Under the pieces are notes generated by a model. That model made no database searches. It was not told the DNA's origin and worked only from the letters and a program-made list of their open reading frames with translations. Position numbers and translations under genes: made by a program. Below are positions 27,031 through 32,000 of a DNA stretch of 32,000 nucleotides, one piece after another (the first letter of the stretch is position 1; the number at the start of each line of letters is the position of its first letter). This stretch comes from Dickeya dadantii NCPPB 898 (GTDB lineage: Bacteria > Pseudomonadota > Gammaproteobacteria > Enterobacterales > Enterobacteriaceae), in assembly GCF_000406145.1 (NCBI RefSeq), contig NZ_CM001976.1:1117263-1149262 (forward strand), given 5' to 3'.

Positions 27031-27374
27031 TTCTATAAGTTTTTAATATGGATAATTATTGCTCTTTGTCGGATTTTTGAGCTGATCTTTCGCGCTGAAA
27101 ACTGTTTTGATGCACAAATCATGTATAGTCTGATCGTGAAAAGATAAATCGAGATGCTGAATTTATACAAAATATTAGATTAATGTTCTGGTTTACCGAT
27201 CGCGTATTGCCTTTTATTGCTATAAACGTTTTACTTAGCCCCCATTAACGCTGTGCAATAAAAACTCACATCCATAATCCTGCACATCGCACGGACGTCT
27301 CGCTCTTCGCGTGCGCCGCTTTAGCGCCCGGTTTCACCGGCAACACCATTTTTACAGGCAACAACAACATACAT

Positions 27375-28694
27375 ATGAGTCATCGTTTAACTTCCAAAGA
27401 TATCGTGGCATTGGGCTTCATGACCTTTGCCCTGTTTGTCGGCGCCGGAAACATTATTTTCCCGCCGATGGTTGGCCAGCAGGCTGGTGAACACGTGTGG
27501 ATCGCTGCGCTCGGTTTCCTGATTACCGCGGTGGGCCTGCCGGTGCTGACGGTGATCGCGCTGGCCCGCGTGGGCGGCGGCATCGATACGCTGAGCAGCC
27601 CGATCGGCAAGAAAGCCGGCGTGCTGTTGGCGACGGTCTGCTATCTGGCGGTGGGGCCGTTGTTCGCCACGCCGCGCACCGCCACGGTGTCGTTCGAAGT
27701 AGGGATCGCGCCGTTGGTGGGCGAAGGCGCCTCGCCGCTGTTGATTTACAGCCTGATTTACTTCGCCATCGTGATCGCGATTTCGCTCTATCCCGGCCGT
27801 TTGCTGGATACCGTTGGGCATATTCTGGCGCCGGTAAAAATCATCGCGCTGACCGTGCTGGGCATCGCGGCGCTGTTATGGCCAGCCGGCACGCCGATGC
27901 CGACGGCCGAGGCCTACCAGCAGGTGCCGTTCTCCAGTGGTTTCGTCAACGGCTACCTGACCATGGATACGCTGGGCGCGATGGTGTTCGGCATTGTGAT
28001 TGTCAACGCCGCCCGTTCACGCGGCGTTAGCGACGCGGCGTTGTTAACCCGTTACACCATTTGGGCCGGGCTGATCGCCGGGCTGGGGCTGACGCTGGTG
28101 TACCTGAGTTTGTTCCACCTCGGTTCCTTTAGCGGCTCGCTGGTGCCGAACGCGCAGAATGGCGCCGAGATCCTGCACGCCTATGTGCAGTACACCTTCG
28201 GCAACATGGGCAGTAGCTTCCTGGCGCTGCTGATTTTTATCGCCTGTATGGTCACGGCGGTGGGCCTGACCTGCGCCTGCGCCGAATTCTTCGCCCAGTA
28301 CCTGCCGCTGTCCTACCGTGCGCTGGTGTTTGTGCTGGGGCTGTTCTCCATGGTGGTATCCAATCTGGGGCTGAGTCACCTGATTCAACTGTCGGTGCCG
28401 GTGCTGACCGCGATTTATCCGCCGTGCATTGTGCTGGTGTTGTTGAGCTTCACCCGCCGCTGGTGGAACAACAGCACGCACGTCATCGCGCCGGTGATGC
28501 TGGTCAGCCTGCTGTTTGGCCTGATTGACGGCATCAAGTCATCCGCCTTCCAGTCGTTGCTGCCGGGCTGGACGCAGAGCCTGCCGATGAGCGAGCAAGG
28601 GTTGGCCTGGTTGCCGCCGTCGCTGCTCATTCTGCTGGTGGTGGCGATTTATGACCGCATCACCGGTCGTCAGGAAGTCACCGCACATTCCTGA
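27375..28694 (+). CDS. brnQ: Branched-chain amino acid transport system II carrier BrnQ
   Basis: The 439-aa product starts [42 protein letters not shown]..., the LIVCS-family N-terminus. The position between phoR and proY matches E. coli synteny. Confidence 0.95.
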   Translation: MSHRLTSKDIVALGFMTFALFVGAGNIIFPPMVGQQAGEHVWIAALGFLITAVGLPVLTVIALARVGGGIDTLSSPIGKKAGVLLATVCYLAVGPLFATPRTATVSFEVGIAPLVGEGASPLLIYSLIYFAIVIAISLYPGRLLDTVGHILAPVKIIALTVLGIAALLWPAGTPMPTAEAYQQVPFSSGFVNGYLTMDTLGAMVFGIVIVNAARSRGVSDAALLTRYTIWAGLIAGLGLTLVYLSLFHLGSFSGSLVPNAQNGAEILHAYVQYTFGNMGSSFLALLIFIACMVTAVGLTCACAEFFAQYLPLSYRALVFVLGLFSMVVSNLGLSHLIQLSVPVLTAIYPPCIVLVLLSFTRRWWNNSTHVIAPVMLVSLLFGLIDGIKSSAFQSLLPGWTQSLPMSEQGLAWLPPSLLILLVVAIYDRITGRQEVTAHS

Positions 28695-28717
28695 GTACGG
28701 TTTGAGGGATGTTTTTC

Positions 28718-28744
28718 ACCACAGGCGTTTGCCTGTGGTTTTTT
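28718..28744 (+). terminator. Rho-independent terminator after brnQ
   Basis: ACCACAGGC (28718-28726), loop gttt, GCCTGTGGT (28731-28739) running into TTTTTT (28739-28744). Confidence 0.8.
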
Positions 28745-28775
28745 CGTGTGTAAAGACAGGGTTGCTTATTTATTT

Positions 28776-28817
28776 ATGGAACAACAATCCAAACTTATGG
28801 AACAACAATCCAAACTC
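28776..28817. repeat. 21-bp tandem duplication (20/21) that includes the proY start codon
   Basis: atggaacaacaatccaaactt (28776-28796) is followed by atggaacaacaatccaaactc (28797-28817). In frame this reads [14 protein letters not shown]. Confidence 0.95.
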
Positions 28818-30149
28818 AAGCGCGGCTTAAGTACGCGGCATATTCGTTTTATCGCGCTGGGCTCTGCCATCGGCACCGGGCTATTTTATGGTTCGGCCAG
28901 CGCCATCCAGATGGCGGGCCCCAGCGTGTTGCTGGCGTACCTGATTGGCGGCGTGTTTGCCTATATCATTATGCGCGCGCTGGGCGAGATGTCCGTCAAC
29001 AACCCGCAAGCCAGCTCCTTTTCCCGCTACGCCCGCGACTACCTCGGCCCATTGGCGGGCTACATCACCGGCTGGACCTACTGTTTTGAGATGCTGATTG
29101 TGGCGATTGCCGACGTTACCGCCTTCGGCATCTATATGGGCGTATGGTTTCCGGCGGTGCCGCATTGGATTTGGGTGCTGAGCGTGGTGCTGATCATCGG
29201 CGCCATCAACCTGATGAACGTGAAGGTGTTCGGCGAGCTGGAATTCTGGCTGTCGTTTTTCAAGGTGGCGACCATTGTGGTGATGATCGTGGCCGGGATC
29301 GGCATCATCGTCTGGGGGATCGGCAACGGCGGCGAGCCTACCGGCATCCATAATTTGTGGACCAACGGCGGTTTCTTCAGTAACGGCGTGATGGGGATGA
29401 TTCTGTCGTTGCAGATGGTGATGTTTGCCTACGGCGGCGTGGAGATCATCGGGATTACCGCCGGCGAAGCTAAAGAGCCGCATAAATCGATTCCGCGCGC
29501 CATCAACTCGGTGCCCTGGCGTATTCTGGTGTTCTATGTCGGCACCCTGTTCGTGATCATGTCGATTTATCCGTGGAATCAGGTGGGAACCAGCGGAAGC
29601 CCGTTCGTTCTGACCTTCCAGCATATGGGCATCACGGCGGCGGCCGGTATCCTCAATTTTGTAGTGATTACCGCGTCGCTCTCCGCCATCAACAGTGACG
29701 TGTTCGGTGTTGGCCGCATGCTGCACGGCATGGCGGAACAGGGGCATGCGCCGCAGGTGTTCGGCCGTCTGTCGCAGCGCGGCACGCCCTGGGTTACGGT
29801 GGTGGTGATGGTGCTGGCGCTGCTGGTGGCGGTGTACCTCAACTACATCATGCCGGAGAAAGTGTTTCTGGTGATCGCCTCGCTGGCGACCTTTGCCACC
29901 GTATGGGTGTGGATCATGATTTTGTGCTCGCAGATTGCCTTTCGTCGCAAACTGGGCCGCGAGCAGGCTAAAGCGCTGGCGTTTCCGTTGCCGGGCGGCG
30001 CGGCGACCGCAGCGGTCGGTATCGTGTTCCTGGTGTTTATCATCGGCCTGATCGGCTACTTCCCGGATACCCGCATTGCGCTGTACGCCGGCATGGTGTG
30101 GATTGCGTTGTTGCTGGCAAGCTACGCGCTGCGTCGGCGTCGCGCCTGA
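28776..30149 (+). CDS. proY: Cryptic proline/amino-acid permease ProY (APC family)
   Basis: [52 protein letters not shown]... is colinear with E. coli ProY as I remember it ([34 protein letters not shown]...). The E. coli-like N-terminus begins at the second ATG (28797). The first ATG (28776) keeps the ancestral upstream context, so the start is ambiguous. The track's GTG28746 is unlikely. Confidence 0.9.
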   Translation: MEQQSKLMEQQSKLKRGLSTRHIRFIALGSAIGTGLFYGSASAIQMAGPSVLLAYLIGGVFAYIIMRALGEMSVNNPQASSFSRYARDYLGPLAGYITGWTYCFEMLIVAIADVTAFGIYMGVWFPAVPHWIWVLSVVLIIGAINLMNVKVFGELEFWLSFFKVATIVVMIVAGIGIIVWGIGNGGEPTGIHNLWTNGGFFSNGVMGMILSLQMVMFAYGGVEIIGITAGEAKEPHKSIPRAINSVPWRILVFYVGTLFVIMSIYPWNQVGTSGSPFVLTFQHMGITAAAGILNFVVITASLSAINSDVFGVGRMLHGMAEQGHAPQVFGRLSQRGTPWVTVVVMVLALLVAVYLNYIMPEKVFLVIASLATFATVWVWIMILCSQIAFRRKLGREQAKALAFPLPGGAATAAVGIVFLVFIIGLIGYFPDTRIALYAGMVWIALLLASYALRRRRA

Positions 30150-30187
30150 GCGCATAACTCTGTATCGCCCGCCGTCGACTGGCGGGC

Positions 30188-30217
30188 ATAAAAAAGCCAG
30201 CGGCGAAGCCGCTGGCT
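30188..30217 (-). terminator. Rho-independent terminator of the peroxiredoxin gene
   Basis: AGCCAGCGGC (30195-30204), loop gaa, GCCGCTGGCT (30208-30217). The A-run at 30190-30195 becomes a T-tract after the hairpin on the minus strand. A separate hairpin, GCCCGCC/GGCGGGC at 30167-30187, may serve proY. Confidence 0.75.
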
Positions 30218-30241
30218 GATTACTGATATCGAAAGGATCGA

Positions 30242-30844
30242 TTACAGGTTGCTGGCGTTTTCTTTCAGGTATTTAGCGACGCCGTCCGGAGACGCGCCCA
30301 TACCGGCTTTGCCTTTTTCCCACTGAGCCGGGCACACTTCGCCGTGCTCTTCGTGGAACTGCAGCGCGTCAACCATACGCACCATTTCATCGATGTTACG
30401 ACCCAGCGGCAGATCGTTCACCACCTGGTGACGCACGATGCCGTTTTTGTCGATCAGGAAAGAACCACGCAGCGCCACGCCGGCTTCCGGGTGTTCAATA
30501 CCGTAGGCTTTCTGGATTTCGCGTTTAACGTCAGCGACCATCGCGTATTTCACTTCGCCGATACCGCCGTTCTCGACCGGGGTTTTACGCCAGGCGTTGT
30601 GCACGAATTCGGAGTCAAAAGACACACCAACCACTTCAACGCCACGCTTCTTGAACTCTTCGTAGCGGTGATCGAAAGCGATCAGCTCGGACGGGCACAC
30701 GAAGGTGAAGTCCATCGGCCAGAAGAAGATCACAGCCGGTTTACCGTTGATGTGCTTTTTCAGATTGAAATTCTCAACGATTTCCCCACTTCCCAGTACG
30801 GCAGCGGTAGTGAAGTCGGGGGCAGGACGAGTTACCAGGACCAT
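30242..30844 (-). CDS. Typical 2-Cys peroxiredoxin (AhpC/Prx1 subfamily, TsaA-like, 200 aa)
   Basis: The peroxidatic Cys motif is FFWPMDFTFVCPSE and the resolving Cys motif is HGEVCPAQW. A strong SD (ACAGGAGtaatt) precedes the ATG. No ahpF is adjacent. Confidence 0.9.
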   Translation of the reverse strand: MVLVTRPAPDFTTAAVLGSGEIVENFNLKKHINGKPAVIFFWPMDFTFVCPSELIAFDHRYEEFKKRGVEVVGVSFDSEFVHNAWRKTPVENGGIGEVKYAMVADVKREIQKAYGIEHPEAGVALRGSFLIDKNGIVRHQVVNDLPLGRNIDEMVRMVDALQFHEEHGEVCPAQWEKGKAGMGASPDGVAKYLKENASNL

Positions 30845-30947
30845 AATTACTCCTGTAAATAGCTGTTAATGATAGGTGGATGTAATGAACGCCGTAAGTA
30901 TAGGTACAGCCTGCCGGTGAATAAAGCGAAAGCGACCAATCAATAAG

Positions 30948-30984
30948 ATAGCTTTTGTCTATCGAATCAATTGATAATTCTTTT
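30948..30984. promoter_or_regulatory. OxyR-box-like sequence upstream of the peroxiredoxin gene
   Basis: The sequence is ATAG-cttttgt-CTAT-cgaatca-ATTG-ataattc-TTTT. Against the consensus ATAG-N7-CTAT-N7-ATAG-N7-CTAT, the first half is exact and the second half is degenerate. It lies 104-140 nt upstream of the start codon, further from the best -10 (TATACT, 30897-30902) than classical OxyR sites. Confidence 0.3.
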
Positions 30985-30992
30985 CACTGGCA

Positions 30993-31019
30993 GATGAACA
31001 GCCTGGCGTGCTGTTCATC
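30993..31019 (-). terminator. Hairpin immediately after the acpH stop
   Basis: GATGAACAGC (30993-31002), a 7-nt loop, GCTGTTCATC (31010-31019), a perfect 10-bp stem. It begins 3 nt after the acpH stop. No T-tract follows on the minus strand. Confidence 0.4.
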
Positions 31020-31022
31020 GTT

Positions 31023-31628
31023 TTACCGTGCGGCGTCAGCCGGGCCATCAAGCTGACCTGTTTTTGCCAGATGCATCATACGAGGATAGAACTGCCAGAA
31101 TAATGTTTCAAATTGATGGTAGTGACGTTCAATATCGCCGAACGAACCGGAAAGCGCCGCCAGCTTCGGTCGGCGTACCGACATACGGTGCAGCACGTCG
31201 GCGATAAACGGTAGTTCGGCGTAGCGTTCCAGCCAGCGTTCCGGCCACAGGTAATGATTCAGGTTGCGAAAGCGCTCCGGGCTATCGGCCAGGTGGGGCG
31301 CGATCTGCTGCTCGGCATCGGCGACGAAGTGCGTCAGCGGCGTCGCTGGTTCCAGCTCCGGCCAATTGCGCGCCAGAAAATGGTCCCACAGCACATCCAG
31401 CGCGATCGGCGCGACCCGGCGATAGTCGGCGCTGAAATGACGGCAGGCGGCGCGTACTTCCGGCAGGCTGTCGGTTAACACGTCGATGCGTCGGTGCAGA
31501 CGAATACCGGCGACGATGTCAGGCGGGTACAAACTGTCGGGGTTACCGCGCACGAAATCCGCCATCAGGTTTCCGGTCAGCGAGCTTTGCGCCAGCGTGG
31601 CGAGGTGCAGATGCGCGAGAAAATTCAT
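31023..31628 (-). CDS. acpH: Acyl carrier protein phosphodiesterase AcpH
   Basis: Starting from ATG31628, [30 protein letters not shown]...HRRIDVLTD...[16 protein letters not shown] matches E. coli AcpH ([30 protein letters not shown]...). The 14 extra codons in the track ORF are unlikely to be translated. Confidence 0.9.
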   Translation of the reverse strand: MNFLAHLHLATLAQSSLTGNLMADFVRGNPDSLYPPDIVAGIRLHRRIDVLTDSLPEVRAACRHFSADYRRVAPIALDVLWDHFLARNWPELEPATPLTHFVADAEQQIAPHLADSPERFRNLNHYLWPERWLERYAELPFIADVLHRMSVRRPKLAALSGSFGDIERHYHQFETLFWQFYPRMMHLAKTGQLDGPADAAR

Positions 31629-31789
31629 GGCGTCGGCGCGGTCCTTGAAAGGTGAAGGGGGCGTAATCAATGCGGCAAGTATAGAGGAAGGCGGCGCCCT
31701 GTCCCGCTTATTTCTTGCAGCCGGTCCCGACGGGCTCTAGACTAGGCCGCTTCTTTTGTTCCTCTGTGCCGAAAATTAAGTGAATGGTC

Positions 31790-32000
31790 ATGCGTGTTGC
31801 CGATTTTTCGTTTGAATTGCCTGAGTCTCTGATTGCCCGTTATCCGCAGGCAAAACGCAGCGGTTGCCGCCTGTTGTCGCTGGATGGCCCCACCGGTGCG
31901 CTCACGCACGGCGTGTTTACCGATCTGCTTGATAAGTTGCAGCCGGGCGATCTGCTGGTGTTCAACAATACCCGGGTGATCCCGGCGCGTCTGTTTGGCC
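31790..32000 (+). CDS. queA: S-adenosylmethionine:tRNA ribosyltransferase-isomerase QueA (5' part, truncated by the window end)
   Basis: This ORF is not in the track because it has no stop within the window. Reading from ATG31790 gives [70 protein letters not shown], essentially the E. coli QueA N-terminus. Confidence 0.9.
   Translation, partial: MRVADFSFELPESLIARYPQAKRSGCRLLSLDGPTGALTHGVFTDLLDKLQPGDLLVFNNTRVIPARLFG

Noticed and set aside
1-32000. Search for CRISPR arrays, IS elements or transposases, integrases, tRNA/rRNA genes, toxin-antitoxin pairs and phage remnants.
   Set aside because: I saw no spaced direct-repeat arrays, no terminal inverted repeats flanking ORFs, no transposase- or integrase-like translations in any frame of the track, and no cloverleaf-like or rRNA-like segments. 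All large ORFs are accounted for by ordinary metabolic, transport or regulatory families.

Overview
The window looks like chromosomal DNA from a Dickeya / 'Erwinia chrysanthemi'-group enterobacterium. The periplasmic L-asparaginase at 10554-11600 is near-identical to the Erwinia chrysanthemi enzyme as I remember it. From 11.9 kb to the end, the gene order follows the enterobacterial backbone I recall from E. coli K-12: aroL-ppnP-rdgC-mak-sbcC-sbcD / phoB-phoR-brnQ-proY-acpH / queA. Lineage-specific genes are inserted into it: a dCache chemoreceptor, an orphan PstS-like protein, a MetE-like gene and a TsaA-type peroxiredoxin. The first 11.6 kb holds accessory metabolic and transport genes: two MFS transporters, an M20 peptidase, a LysR regulator, a HAD hydrolase, a lipoprotein alpha/beta-hydrolase, a frameshifted MetE-like paralog, a YojI-type ABC exporter and ansB. 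I found no rRNA, tRNA, CRISPR array, IS or transposase, integrase or phage genes. I also found no convincing multi-gene system of unknown function. The SbcCD pair sits in its canonical housekeeping position next to phoBR. The leads most worth following are listed here. (1) A MetE-family paralog is broken by a single extra base, and an intact paralog lies 18 kb away. (2) The two paralogs appear to be regulated differently: the intact copy has MetR/MetJ-like boxes, while the broken copy has a long GC-rich leader with partial cobalamin-riboswitch-like motifs. (3) Several near-perfect 15-21 bp head-to-tail duplications sit at gene boundaries, including one that duplicates the proY start codon and first 7 codons. 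(4) The sbcD-phoB intergenic region contains a roughly 80 bp GC-rich, G-tract island next to a textbook Pho box. (5) A 27-codon ORF with a strong Shine-Dalgarno (SD) sequence lies just upstream of aroL. All functional calls rest on my reading of the translated ORFs and on remembered family motifs. No searches were run.
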